Shown here piece after piece: positions 23,301-38,300 of a DNA stretch of 64,000 bases. The DNA lies in the NCBI RefSeq assembly GCF_018977255.1, contig NW_024704742.1:69752001-69816000 (forward strand), written 5' to 3'. The notes under the pieces are model-generated. The model ran no database searches, was not told the DNA's origin, and worked only from the letters and a program-made list of their open reading frames with translations. The number at the start of each line of letters is the position of its first letter. Position 1 is the stretch's first letter. The DNA comes from Callorhinchus milii. Taxonomy: Eukaryota. The position numbers were made by a program, and so were the translations under genes.

Positions 23301-26300
23301 CTCCCTGCGAGGACATTAGTCCCAGCCTTGTCAGTGTAACCCATCCCCCTTGTACAGGTCCCAAGCGCCCCAGAACTGAAGCCCTCCTTTCTGCACCATT
23401 TCTCCAGCCATGCATTCATGTGTTTGATCCTGCTGTTTTGATACTCACTTGCACTAGGCACTGGGAGTAATCCAGAGATCACCCCCTTTGAGGTCCTACT
23501 CTTTAGCTTTTTCCCAAGCTTCTGATACTCTCCCTGTAGGATCTCAGCCCTTTTTTCCTTAAGTCATGGATCCCAACATGGACCACGACTTCTGGATGTT
23601 CCCCTTCCCCCTGTAGAACGCCTTGCACCCATTCCATGATATCTTCAACCCTGGCACCAGGAAGGCAACATTCCATGCGAGAGTCATATCTTTAATAATA
23701 ATAATAATCCTTTGGTTGCAGAAACACCTGTCTACTCCTTTCACCATTGTGTCCCGAATAACAATTGCTCTGTCAAGAAAGTTAGCTTTCATCCAAGACT
23801 TGAGGTCTGACAAACATTCCTTCAGGACAGCAGTGGTCTTGGGAGTCATGGGTGGAGCAGAGAGATAGAGTTGGGTGTCATCCGCATACATGAAGTTGAC
23901 CCCATGTCTGCGGATGATGTCACCAAGAGGGCGCATATAGATATTGAAGAGGAGGGGACCAAGGACAGATCACCGAGGAACGCCGCAAGAGAGTGTGCGG
24001 GGGCTAGAGGAGAAACCATTTGTGCAGATGAAGTGGAGATGTTGTGAGAGGTAAGATCTGAACCATTCAAGGACAGAAGCATGAAGGTTGAGGTGAGAGG
24101 AGAGGCAGTGGAGGCGGATAGAGTGGTCTCCCCACTCTCGTGAAAGCTCTCCCCAAAGACGCAAACTGCTAACATAATAATAATAATAATAATAATAATC
24201 CTTGCATTTGATATAGCGCTTTTCACGTCGGGAGGACGTCCCAAAGCGCTTCACAGAATATACTGTAAAGTGAATTGACTGTATATTTGTGGGCGAACGC
24301 GGCTGCCAATTGCGCACAGCAATGTCCCACAAACAGTCGTAGATTGAAAATGACCAATTTATTATTGTTTGGGGTTTTGGAGGGATTATTATTAGGCGTG
24401 TGGAGTAAGGAAACTTGCCCAAGGTTTCGCCCTGCCTGGAACATAATTCCAAAGGTATTAGAAAGCGGACTAGATGGACCTTGGTATTTTATCGTCTAGC
24501 AATTCCTACGTTCCTATGGACGAGGAAACTGGTAACTAACCTGTATCTTGATGGGCCAGGTGAAGTTGCTGACATACACGAAGAATGTGATGTTCGGGTT
24601 GTTGCGGAAGTCAAACTTCTCGTTGGAGAAGCTGTCCTTATATTCTTTGATGTTGTTCTTCGAAATAATCGGAATCTCTTCTCCCGCCTGTGTGCCGGCT
24701 GTTTTCAGCACAGGAAACAATAACCAAAAATCCAATTAACTCACTGACAAAGCCCTTGTGAAGCTCAAAAGCCAGACCAGTTCTCAGCAACAACCAAAAT
24801 AGCTGTTTATGGGACGTTGCTGTTTGTGCGCAAATTGTCTGCCATGTTCGCCCACAACAAACACAGTCACTTCATTTTCAGTGTATCCTGGGAAGCGCTT
24901 TGAGACATCCACCCAACTTGAAAGGCGCTGTGTCAAATGAAAGGATTATAGTAATATAGGAATACATAGGAGCATAAGAACAGGAGGAGGCCGTTCAACA
25001 ACAACAAGATTCCATTTATAGAGCGCCTTTCACGTTGGGAGGACGTCCCAAGGCGCTGTACAGTTGGGTCAGGACCCGAGCAGGGGGGAAATGGTCAGGG
25101 TGAGGGGAGGGAAAGGAGGGAGCGAGGAGGGGGTAGAAAGTCGAGAGGAGAGCTGAAGGCACGGTCAAAGAGAAAGGTCTTGAGACAGGCCTTGAAGGAG
25201 GAAAGGGAGGAGGCGGCGAAGGCACTGGGGGATGGAGTTCCAGAGCCTGGGGGCTGAGAGGCTGAAGGCCCGGCCACCGATGGTAGGGTGGTCGGGGCGG
25301 GGGACATGGAGCAGACCGGAGCCAGAGGAACGGAGGGTATGGGCAGTTAGGTAGGGGGATAGTAGGTCGGAGAGGTAGGAGGGAGCGAGGCCGTGAATGG
25401 CCTTGTAGATGAGGATGAGTATCTTGAATTTGATCCTCTGGGGGATGGGGAGCCAGTGGAGGCGAGCGAGGGTGGGAGTGATGTGGTCCTGGTGCGGTAC
25501 AGTACACGAGCTGCAGAATTCTGAATGACCTGCAGCTTGTGGAGGGAGGTGCCGGGAAGGCCGGCGAGGAGAGAGTTCCCATAGTCCAGCCTTGAAGTGA
25601 TAAAGGCATGGACCAGAGTTTCAGCAGCGTGAGGGGTGAGGTAGTGCCGTAGTCTGGCGATGTTCTGGAGGTGATGGAAGGCAGTGCCAATTGTGGCGCG
25701 GATATGAGGGAGAAAGGACAGCTCAGGGTCGAACAGAACACTGAGATTCCTGACCGGCTTTGAGAGGTGGAGAGTGCAGCCTTGGATGCTGATGGTGTCA
25801 GCGCCTGAGGTGCGGAGGCGCTGACGTGAGCCAATCAGGAGGGCCTCGGTTTTGTGCACGTTGAGCTGAAGAAAGTTGTCTCTCGTCCAGGACTCGATGT
25901 CGGACAGGCAGACTGTCAGGACATCGGGGGTCGTGGAGTTGAGGGTAGAGGAGGAAAGGTAGAGTTGGGTGTCATCCGCATACATGTGGAAGTTAACCCC
26001 ATGTCTGCGGATAATGTCACCAAGGGGGAGCATATAGAGGGTGAAGAGGAGGGGACAGAGGACAGAGCCCTGAGGGACACCGCACGAGACAGTGCGGGGG
26101 CTGGAGGAAAAGCCGTTCGTGGAAACAAAATGAAGACGGTGGGAGAGGAACGACCTAAACCACTCAAGGATTTTGAGGAGGTCCGGCCAGATTTGTCGGT
26201 GGACCGTTAGGCCAGGTTTGACGCAGGTGCGTTCAGCGGCCTGCACCTGGCTCTTCAGTGAGCGGAGGTGGGTGGTGAACCAGGGGGAGGAGCGAGAGTA

Positions 26301-29300
26301 GGAGACAGTACGGGAGGTGATGGGGGCAAGAGTATCGAGTGTGGAGGAGAGGGTGTTGTGGAGGAGGGTGAGAGCAGAAGAGGGGTCAGTGAGGGTTGAT
26401 GGCCAGAGGGAGAGGAGTTCAGAGGACTCCAAGGCAGCGATTAGGGATTGTGGGGGTAACTTCTTCCAGCGACGGTAGAAGATGGTGGTGGGTCTGGTGG
26501 AGGTGGGGAGGGAATTGGAGGTGGTGAAGGAGATAAAGTGAGGATCGGAGACGGCCTTGTCGGTAATGGTGACATCCGAGACACTGAGGCCCCGGGTGAT
26601 CACCAAATCGAGTGGGTGGCTGTGACTGTGAGTGGCGGAGTTGATGTGGAGGGAGAGATTGAGCGACGAGAGCAGGGAGGAGAAGTCCGAGGAGATGGAG
26701 CAGGAGGGTGAAGTGCAGGTTGAAGTCGCCCAGGATGATGAGGCGATCAGAGCAGAGGCAGAAAGATGTAAGTAGGGTGGAAATATCGGAGATGAAGGTG
26801 GGAGAGGTTTTAGGGGGCTGGTAGAGGAGGAGGATTTTGAGTGAGAGGAAGGAGGGGTGGGAGAGGGTGAGGTGCTCAAAAGAGGGAAAAGAGCCAGAGG
26901 AGTAGGGGGATAGGGCAAGTGGTGTCCCTGAGATAAGGGCTTATTTTTGGTCAACTGGGTTTCTTACAATTCGGAAACCCATCTCCATGCTTAAACTGGG
27001 AGTTCCATGCCACCTACACATGGAAATTTCTGTTCATTGGAAAGGAATGCACACTCTCTCCCTGGAGGGACGTCCTGCTTACCTAATCTCAGAGAGTATA
27101 GATGCAGCCTGGTGAGAACCAAGGACCCGAGAGTGTGCAATGGGAGTAATTACTGGAGTTTCAATGGCAAGATCTTGCCAGTTTTAACTTTTAACTGCTG
27201 CATATAAATGGAAACTATCAAATTCACTGTATATCTCTTCAGAAGCAAAAAGCACACTGCGTAAGTCTTACCTAAGAAGCTCGTGGACCAGGTGATGTTG
27301 AGGTTAAAGTTTTTCGATGCGTTAATAAACATGTCCAAGTCTCTATTTTGCTGAAATAAAGAAAGTTCATATATTTACCAGTGGCCTGAGATTCCAGGGA
27401 ACAAACAGTTGACTGGCAAAGGGATGGTAAGAAGGAGGGGAATGGAGGAAGGGAGGGAGCAAAGTGAAGGGACTTTTCCACAAGTTTGCAGAGCACAATA
27501 TGGCATTTGCATTTCCTGAGACAGGAATTTTCTGATAGAAATCTATTCCAGGAAGATCGCAGATAATTGCTCAGATTGTGATTAAATGCTGGGGAACTCC
27601 AACTCAGAGCAGCTCACTTCCCAAATACAATGGCGTGAATTCTCTAGTGAGTAAACTCTGATCAAGCGCAACTTTATAGGAGCAAAATAGTGGTGGGTAG
27701 GAGGGGAAATAATAATAATCCTTGCATTTGATATAGCGCCTTATCATGTCATTGAGCCGTCTCAAAGCGCTTCACAGAATATACTATAAAGTATAATGTG
27801 TGAGTGAAATGTGGCAGCCAATTGCGTAAAGAAGTGTACCACATAATTTGGGGATTTAGTGACCAAATTCTTATAAATAAAATACAACTAACATTGGAAG
27901 GAGCTGCCAATGTGATGACAGATTAAAGTTGGCACTCAAACTCAGACTTTGGGGGGGTAAAAAAGGGGTTAAGGAGGGGGAAAGGTGGCCAAAAACAGGG
28001 TCAAAGAAAAAGGTGTGAGAAAAGGGACTCCGGAGTGGAGTTCCAGAGAGCAGGAGCAGACAGGCTGAAAGTTTGTCTGCTGATGGTGGAGTGGGGGGGG
28101 AATTAAGATAGCAGGTGCATGCTGAGTGGAGGAAGCTGGGGTAGTAGTTCGAGGAGGTCACAGAGGTAGGTTGGGGCAAGACCACGAAGGGATTTAACGA
28201 TTAGGACGAGGACTTTGACATTGTCCACTGAGGGATGGGGATCCAATGGGGGGCCGGGTGAAGATGGGCTGATAGGCTTGCAGAGTCTTATGTGGTAAAG
28301 GACAAAAGGCACAGAGCTCTGGATGATCTGCAGACCCAGAATTTGGAAGAGTGTTGAAAAGAGGGGGAAGGGGAAATGTCTTTACAGAGGACTGTTAGAC
28401 TGTGTATTTCCTGATGACAAACTGCTAATGAGATGGAGACCATGAATTTATTTTAAGAGACCCAGATTGATGCTTAAATGAATATGAAATGATGCGGGGG
28501 AGTGAGCGGGAGAGCAAGATTAGACTAGGTAGCTCATGTTGGGGAGAAACATCCTCATGGATTTGATTGGCCAAATCAGTGGATTCTGTGATGTTCTGTG
28601 AGACTGTGAACTCTTCCCAATTGAGCTATTAATGCTATTATGATCTAATTAACTACTAACAGTTTACATTTATATAGTGCCCTTGTAAAACGGTGCATTT
28701 TACAGAGACATAGGAACAGGAGGAGGCCATTCAGCCCCTCAAGCCTGTTCCACCATTCTATTTGATCATGGCTGATCTGTACCTCAACTCCAATTACCTG
28801 CCCTTGCCCCATATCCATTGATATCTTGACTTACCAAAAACTATCCACCTCAGGCTTTAAAATTTGAATGGATTAGCATTCACAGTCTTTTGGGGTAACA
28901 GAGTTCCAAATTCCAGATCCAGATGGATGGGGGTTGGACTCCAAGCAAGGGGGAGGTGGTCGTAGGAATGAACAAAGAGGTAGGATTTGACGTGGAGCTT
29001 CAAGACAGATAGAGGGGGGGCGAGACAGAGTTGGATAGATATAGGGAATAAAGGGAGGAAGTTTCAGAGGTTTGGGAGTGTAGAAACTAAAAACTGCCAC
29101 ACTCCAGTCACATGCAATACTCACTTCCTCAGGGGTGGCTACAAAGTTGATGGCTGTATAGTAACGATCATCCTCCTGAGAGAAGCTGAAGGTGAACTGG
29201 TAGTCAATCAGCAGGGAATCTGCCAGGGGGAAGAAACCAAACATCTCAAGTGGAACTCAGTCTACAGTGACCAACAACAAACCTCCCGTCCAATACAATA

Positions 29301-32300
29301 ACAATAAATTACATTTGTAAAGCGCCTTTTACATTGGGAGGACATCCCAGGTGCTGGACAGCCAGGAATTTACACCCGAGCTGGGGGTTGGCATCAGGAG
29401 GGTGAAGAGTAGGGAGGGTAGAGGTAGAAGGATGACTGAAGGCGTGGTCGAAGAGGAGGATCTTGAGAAGTGCCTTGAAGGAGGCAAGGGAGGGAGCAAA
29501 GTGAAGGGACTGTGGAATGGAGTTCCAAAAGGTGGAGTAAAGAGATTGAAGGTCCGACCGCCAATGGTGGGGAAGGCCAGGTGCGGGACATGGAGCAGGC
29601 TGGATTTTACAATACATTGCATTCCAACATTTCATGAAACATTTTAGTTCTTAGTGAACTGATGGAAGTTTCATCAGCAAACAAGCTCCAATTTAAGATT
29701 ATTTTGTTTTGGCTCTCATTTTTGCTGACTGTACATGGAGCGCAATGTTGGCTTCCTGTGTTAAACATCCAGTCAGAACAAAACCACTGGTCCATCAAGC
29801 AGGCTCATCCAGAGTCCTAAAGACTTCCTTCACCACATACATAAATTTTACATTTATACAGCATCTAAGAGCGCCTACAACTAAAGTAAACCACTTTTCA
29901 GTGTCCCAGACTGCACTCCTATACTTACAGTAGCAGGTGCCTTTCAGGGGGTTGCCCTGGTATCGAGTCTCAACGTCACATCTGCAAAGCAACGTTTCTC
30001 AATTTAGTTTCTCACAGAAACACAAATCTCTTACGGGTGAAATTTAAGCACAGTTCATTTCTTACTCTTCAGTAACTGATGCCATAGTCACCCAATCTCT
30101 GCCTCTTTCTCACCCCCACCACACCCCCACACACACACACACACACATGCGCCTTCTCATACAAATTTCCCCCCCATGTCTGCAATGCAATTGTGCAACC
30201 TGTTCACCTAATTCTACGTGCTCAAGGCACTGAGTTATCAGCCTGAATATCTCTCTCAACAACTTGCATTTATATATATCGCCATTCGTATGAAGCAGCA
30301 TCTCAAAGCACTTAACAGTGGCCTGATGCTGAGCCGGGGGTGAGGGAGGAGGTGACTTAAGCACGGTTGAAGAGGAAGGTCTTCAATAGTGATTTAAAAG
30401 AGGGGAAGGAGGGAACAAGGCCCTTGAAAGGATAGGGGGAAAGAATTTCAAAGTTTCAAAGCTTCGGGGTGTAGTGGCTGAAAGCATGGCCACCAATGAT
30501 GGAGCGGAGGGGACGAGGGACAAGCAGGAGGCCAGAGTTAGGCAGCGAGGCAGTGGGGCAGGAAAGCAGGTCAGAAAGGTCGTGAGGTGCCAGGGTGTGA
30601 AGGGATTTATAGACAAGTGAGAGGATCCCATGGAGATCACACTCATAGTCTCTTTCTCAGAGGCATCGCTCTCCCGCTCTCTCTCTCATTGGAAAGCAGA
30701 TTAAAGGGAAACTTGGGCTTTCCTGATGGCCTGGGGATGTTCATAAGAATTTTCTCTCCAGAATAAATGATTCTCTTGCCCTCAGATCAAGTGCACAATT
30801 AATCTGTGTTTCTGATTTATTCTGTTCTGACCTCTGGTGCAACACACCAATGCAGAACAGAACTTGAGCATTAAAGTGATTCGGCTTACAACTGCAACCA
30901 AACAGAAGCTCCCAAATGTTTATGCTGAGACACTCAACAAAAGGAAGATCCAAGTTTATTTGTTTCGTTGCAATGCAGACGGCAGCAGAAAAGTTCTTGC
31001 AATGATCACATGATGTGGGACTTAAAGGATGCGGGATGGTGTAGTGCCAGATGCAGAACGTTGCTCTACATTTCCTATTGTTTTGCTGTTGTACTTTTCG
31101 AAAGGGGAAGAGAATTTCTCCCGATATCCTGACCAGAAACACTCTCTCCTCCCCAACTATTTGACTGTTTGAGAGCCATTGCTATGCGCAAATCAGCTGT
31201 CACGATCGCCTACAAAATAGTCACTACATTTTATATTCACCCGTTCAGCCTACCCCATCTCTGCAACATTGTCCGCCTCCGCCACTACCTCTCCCCTCAA
31301 GCCACCGAGACCCTCATCCACTTCCAGGGTTGACTTTGCTAACTCCCTGCTCATCAGACTTTCCAACTCTTCCTACACAAGCTGCAGATTATTCAGAACT
31401 CTGCAACTAGTGTACTCTCCCACTCCAAGCTCTGCGAATCTATCTATCACTCATCATCCTCGCCGGCTCCACTGCTTCCCCATCGTCCAGAGGATTGAGT
31501 TTAAGTTACTCGTCCCTATTTTTAAGCACTCCACAGTCTTGGCCCACGCTACCTCTGGGACCTGCTAAAACCTTACCTACCTGTCCACTCCCCTCCGCTT
31601 GGCAGGCACTGACCGGTTCCATGTCCCCCGCTCTGTCCACCCCATTATCAGCGGTAGGGTCTTCAACCTTCCTGCCCCACCCTCCAGAGCCCCTATCTTG
31701 CCTCCTTCAGCACCTCCGGATGTCCTCCCAATATGAAAAGTGCTGCACAAATGCAATTTGTTGTTGTTGTTGTTAACCTCTACCCTGCAAACCACTGGCT
31801 GTAGACACAGGTGTGGACATGGAGTGAGGGCAGGATCAGGCTCGTCTTTACTGCCTCCCCCTCCTCTACCTTCCCTGATCTATTGCTCTGGATCAGGAGC
31901 TAATCTGACGTGGATATTGCATGCAGACTATGACAATAATAATCCTTACATGTGATATAGTGCCTTCTCAAGTCGTTGATACATCTCAAACCGCTTCACA
32001 GAATATACTGTAAAGTGAATTGACGGTATATTTTGTGTGCAAAATGCACTTCATTCTGCACAGGAAGAATACTCCTCGTCAAAATATATTACATGAATGA
32101 AATGAATTTACAATAACAATAATACATGCATTTTATAGCACCTTATGTCAAGACATCATAAAGCATTTCACAGAGAATTGCTGTGAAGTTTAGTGACTGT
32201 GTATAAAAATCCTTACATTTAATAGAGCCTAATGTCATCAAGATATCTCAAAGTGCTATGCAGGTTTTACTGTAACATGGTATGACTGTGTATTTTTTGA

Positions 32301-35300
32301 ACGCGACAGCCAGCAAGGTCCCACAAACAGCCATGGTTAAGAGAGAACAATGTTGAGGGATATGGGGAAAAAAACAGGATGTGGAATTAGGGATAGATCT
32401 AGGATGGACATTAACACCAACTGAACCTTGTATAAAAACCCAAAGATGTGGATGGTATATTATGGTCTGATATTTTTTTCTGGGATTTCTGCGACACAAC
32501 ATTGGTATAAAAAGGAACAAAGTATTTCAGATGAGATATTTAACAGACTGAATGTTCGGGAGTGGTGGCGGTGTGGGGGGGTAAGATAGAGGTGGGGGAG
32601 AGTGTGGGGGGTAAGAGGTTAGGCAAGGAATGGGATTATGATAAATCCAATTGAATCTTGGTGACCCAGAGGAATTTCAATGAGCATGTGGAACTCTCAG
32701 TCTGGTTTGTTTACTCTTAAGCAAGGCAATGAGATTCTGCATGTTAGACACCTGGCTATTAAAATTTAAAAAAAACTTTGGTGGAGAGAAATGAAGAGAT
32801 CCCTTTTATTGCCTCTTCTAAAATTAGTTCTAAACTTTTGAAAGCACTTGATAATACTAATGTCCCTTGCGGTTGATTAAAAAACACCTTATCACATCAT
32901 TGAGATGCCTCAAAGCATTTCACAGAATATATTGTAAAGTGGGATTGGCATGAATTGTAAAGATTTAAAAATACCTTTAATCCATGTGGAAAACCTTGTA
33001 TATTTCAGCACAGCGAGAGGCATGTGATGCAAAATATCTTTCTTTAAACATATAAAATGCTAAATATTTAAGTCGAACATGAGAACATAAGAACCTAAGA
33101 AATAGGAGCAGGAGTAGGCCGTTCGGCCCCTCGAGCCTGCCCCACCATTTAATAAGATCATGGCTGATCTTCTAACTTAATTCCATTTACCTGCCTTATC
33201 CCCATATCCCTTAATCCCTTTAGTTTTCAAAGATCTATTGATCTCAGTCTTGAATATGTTCAATAACTGAGAATCCACAGCCTTCTGGGGTAGAGAATTC
33301 CATAAATTCACTACTCTCTGAGTGAAGAAATGTTTCCTCAACTCAGTTCTAAAACGCTGTCCTTTTAGATTCTCCAACCAGGGGAAACAATCTCACAATA
33401 TCTACCCTGTCAAGAACTTAAGAATCTTATAGGTTTCTATAAGATCATCTCTAAATCTTTTATATTCCAGAGAATATAGGCCTAGTTTACTCAACCTCCC
33501 CTCGTAGGTCAACCCTCTCATCCCAGAAACCAATCTAGTGAACGTACGTTGCACCCCCTCTAAGGCAAGTATATCCTTTCTTAGATAAGGAGACCAAAAC
33601 TGCACACAATATTCTAGGTGCGGTCTCACCAAGGCCCTATACAATTGTAGAAAGACTTCTCTATTCTTGTACTCTAACCTCTTTGCAATAAATGCTAACA
33701 TGCTATTAGCCTTTCTAATTGCTAGCTGTACCTGTATATTAACTTTTTGAATGCGTTAGGATGTTCATTAATCGAAAATGCTGGTGGCAAAGCAGAAATG
33801 AAATATACAGTAACATTTTTCTGCAGATATAATCCTCCACAATATCACTAAAAACCCGGGGTTCAACTTACAGCTGACACTTGTCCCCTTTAATTCCTTT
33901 GGTGGTACAGAAACACTTTCCCGTCTGGTCGTTACAGATGGACGCATGTCCGTTGCACTTGCAGGCTGCAGGAAAGGACCCAAATCATTGAATATCCAAA
34001 TAATAATCCTCGCATTTGATATAGCGCCTTATCACGTAGTTGAAACAACTCAAAGCGCTTCACAGAATATATCGTAAAGTGGACGAGAGTTTTGTCTGCG
34101 TTGGATGTGAACACTTCATTTGAAGGTGTAGAATTAAATGGGAAACATTAAAATCATTCAAACAAGATATCTTCAGCCCTAACCTTAACACCAAGGATAC
34201 AGGAAGTGCTGGATATGTATTGAACAGAGTGCAGAGTTAATTAACAAGGATGGTTTCGGGCCAGGGGACTTCAGATGAATTCCCTGAACCTGGGGAAGTT
34301 AAAGGGAGATTTGAGGGTCAAATGCAGGAAAAGGGGAAATTATGTCATGACCTAGACTTCTGCCATTTTTCTATTAGCACAGGAACCAATCCTATCTGAT
34401 AAGTAAGGATATTGAGGGCTCATGGTGAGATGGTGGTAAAATATAATTAAAGAGGTGTCATTGACTTAATGGTGGAGCACCCACAATGGGCAGAAAGGCC
34501 ATCTCCTGTTCCTTTGAAAGCTTTTACCGAAAGAGAGCTTGTGCCATGACGGCACCTACCTTGGCAGGTTCCTCCGTTGGTAGGGTCTCCATAGTAGCCA
34601 GCCACACAGGTTTCACAGCGAGTCCCCATGGTCAGGTCTTCGCAATTCTCACAGATGCTTTCATTGATACAGTGGCTGTGACCATTGCACTGACAAGCTG
34701 GAAGACAAGAAAGTACTCCTAATGATAATCCTTCCATTTGATACAGCGCCTTTCACAGGACCTCTCAAAGCAGGATATACTGTATTCAGGAGTGACTATG
34801 TTTTGTGAACGAATGTGGCAGCAATTGACGCAAAACAATGTCCTAGAAACAGCCTTGAAGTGGACAACCAATTTTTATAGCTCCTTATGCCAAAATATCT
34901 CAAGGCACTTCAAAGGTCATTTCTGTCCAGTACAGCAGCTGTTTTTAAAGCAAAATAAAAAAGTAAAGTAATTCCAGGGTCTAACATTCCCCTAAAACTT
35001 GTGTGCAAGTGTGATGAGTGGACAGATTCCGAGTCCATCCCTTGGGTTTGACTGCTTTAAGAAAAACGTGCTGGCTGAGGGCAAGAGCTGCTCATAATGA
35101 TGATGACGGGGGTGGGGGGGGCTCAACTGCTAAGGTTGTATTTAAAGGTGGTACGTCCCCAGTCTGGGATGAGACACAGAGAATCTCAACATCCCGCAAG
35201 CAAGCGAAGAGGATTTGTGGGGTTTGCACTTTTTTTGTGTGAATAAAATGTTGATATTAATTTCAATGCGGTGATGGAGACTGGTTTGTTCGGTACCACA

Positions 35301-38300
35301 AGAACCGCGCTCACACCAAGTCATTATGTTACCGCAATTTTAACCTTCTACTGATTACAACAATATTGTGGAACCAGTTCATAATTCTACAGGGGTCAGT
35401 CTTCCATCTTCATCTCGCCCATGATTTCACAAGCATTGGTCTGGGTTAAACACGGACCAGATAAAGGGGGTACGGAGGGGAAGAAAGATAACGAGAAAGT
35501 ATTTCCATAATACTAATAAAATTGCACTTTACAGTATATCCTGTGAAGTGCTTTGATAATGAAGTGCTCAACGATGTGATAATGACAATAATAATCCTTG
35601 CATTTGATATAGCTCCTTATCAAGTCATTGAGATGTCTCAAAATGCTTGTAAAGTGAATTGATTGTATATTTTGTGGGCGAAACGTGGCAGCCAATTGCA
35701 CACAGCAGTGTCCCACAAACAGTCGTGGATTGAGGGACCTTTTTTTTAAGCGATTATTACCCCCGGAAAGCGATCTGCGCTAATCAACTAACAACCAGGT
35801 TCCTACTTCCTGCAAAGTAAACAGAGGCGTTGGGAGTAAGGAAACTTGCCTAAGGTTTTGCCCAGGAATCAAATCCCAGTCCTCTCTTTTGCTAAGAGAG
35901 TGCTCTAAACACTACAGTACAGGACTCCTGTTTCCCCTTCAAAAAGGGACTAAAATATTAAGTCTCTCACGTCAATAATTAATCTTTTTAAAGTTGTTTG
36001 CAAAAGGGAAAAAGAAACACAACCACTAAACTTGACAACTATTAAGATGCTGCAATGCGACAAGGAGCAATGCAAATGACAGCAACTGATGAACTGAGAG
36101 TAGCAACATGAGCCAGCTTGAACCAACCCATTGAGAGCACTTCTGAATGACGCACAGCACAGCAGAAAATTATTGCACACGCATTTTGCTCGGTGCACAA
36201 TGCAACCTATTTATACAACGTTCCAAATCAAAAACTAATTCTAACAATAAACTTGCTTCAGTCTCAATGACAAACTTTGCACTTGTGGCGATGAGAAATC
36301 TAATGTAAAAGAAAGCGGTGGACAAGTCCATCAACTTCTGAAACATTCTGTGTATCAATCTTCAGAATTTCCTTCAACATACATGAATGATGGTACTTTC
36401 TGGATGTAAACTGAGTCTCTAAATTGTCGTCAGCTTGGGTCAGTTGGTAGCACTCTTGCCTCCGAGTCAGAAGGTTGTGGTTTCAAGCCCCACATCGGGA
36501 CTTTCAACTCACCAATGAAGTGCTGCGGGAGCGCTGCATTGTTGGAGGTGCTGTCCTTCAGATGAGACATTAAACTGATGTCTGTGCCTGTTCAGGCAGA
36601 CCTTAAGGATCCTGCGGCGCTATTAAAAAGAGAAGGGTATTTCCCTCTCGTGGTGTCCTAGCTGACAATCCCTCAAAATAAAATTGGTCATTCTTCTTCA
36701 TGGCTGTTTATGGGACATTGCTGTAGGCAAATTGCTGCTTCCTTTGTCCACAAAACATACTTTACAGTGTGAACTTTACAGTATATCCTGTGAAGCTCTT
36801 TGGGACATCCTCTAGATTTGAATAGCTATACCAAATGTAACAACAACTTGCATTTCTATAGCCCCCTCGTGAATGACCAATTCTAACTGGGGACTTGTAG
36901 GCCAGGAGCTCCCATTTTTCAAGTAGCACCATGGGATTTAATACGCAATTGAACAGGCAGACAAGATGGGGTCTGTGTAACATCTCATTCGCAGGACAGC
37001 ACTACTGACAATGCAGTTGCAAATGCACAGTGTATTGGAGTGTCAGCCAAGTCCTGACCTGGGCTTATCCTAATCACAAAACTGTGTTCAGAATGTCACA
37101 ACGCTTTCTTTGTTTGCTCAGTTCTGGCACAACGTTTCCCTTGCAACTTACACAAGTGATTATAAGCAAATGGTAACTAGACTCCGGGGTGTTCATACCA
37201 ACCTGGGCACTGGATAAATGACCAGTTGGATTTCAGTTCCTCTGGGCACATGGTGGAATTCAACATGGGCTCGGAGTACGTCTTCGTGGAGGAAATATTC
37301 ACCGGTCCTCGATAAGCCCCTTCGATGCACTGTCCTTTCCCAGTGTTGCTGGGCTCGGTACACCATCCACACCCTGGTTGCTCCAAGCATAGATTGCACG
37401 TACGGTAACCGGAACAATTCTCAGCTAAGAGAGAGAGAAATTGTCAGCACAGCAGGAGGCCATTGGGTTGGTGCCACTGCTACATTTGTTTAAATCACTC
37501 ACTCCGTTAATCCCAACATCACCAAATGCTTTTACTCCTCAGGTGTTAACCCCCCAAAACTTATATACTGTATATAATAATAATCCTTGCATTTGATATG
37601 CGCCATATCAAGTCATTGAGACATCTCAAAGTGCTTCACAGAATATCCTGTAAAGTCAATTGACTGTATACTTCGTGGGTGAAATGAGGCAGCCAATTGC
37701 CCATAGCAGTCAGTGTCCCACACACAGTCCTGGATTCAGTGACCAATTTATTATCAATTCTTTTTAAGGGATTATTAGCACCAGAAAAGCGATCTGCCAA
37801 TCGATTCAGTTGCGCACAGCAACATGCCCACAAACAGCCGAGATTGGACCAATGGAAAAAAAGATGCTTATTCAGTACACTTGAAGGCTTACATTTCTCC
37901 AACCTCAATAGCTAATTGTGGGAGTTCATTCGAGCCCTAACAACTTTCCAAATTTAAGTTTCTTAAATGAATGTCAACAGCCTTTAATGATAACCCATTG
38001 ACTTCACTGTTGATTAGTTAATGCAAAGAAATGCTTCCTGGTGGCTGTTCTAGACTTGCTCCTCTAATGATCTTGTGCTCCCGAGCCCCTCTCTGACTGC
38101 CTACAATCATCTCCCTTATCTCCTGGCACGGCGTCAAGCTCCGCCATTGTTAAGCGCTCAGTAACCCTCATGAAGGGCACTAAATAAATGTAAGTTAGGT
38201 TATTATTTCTGGTTAATAATTTCTAATCATTGTATTGGTATTAATAATTTAATACCAACCAGACACCAACAACAACAAATTACATGTGTATAGCACCTTT

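Noticed and set aside
25347..26954. 535-aa ORF as a nested host gene or active RT
   Set aside because: L2 ORF2 remnant with an internal deletion and frameshifted ends.
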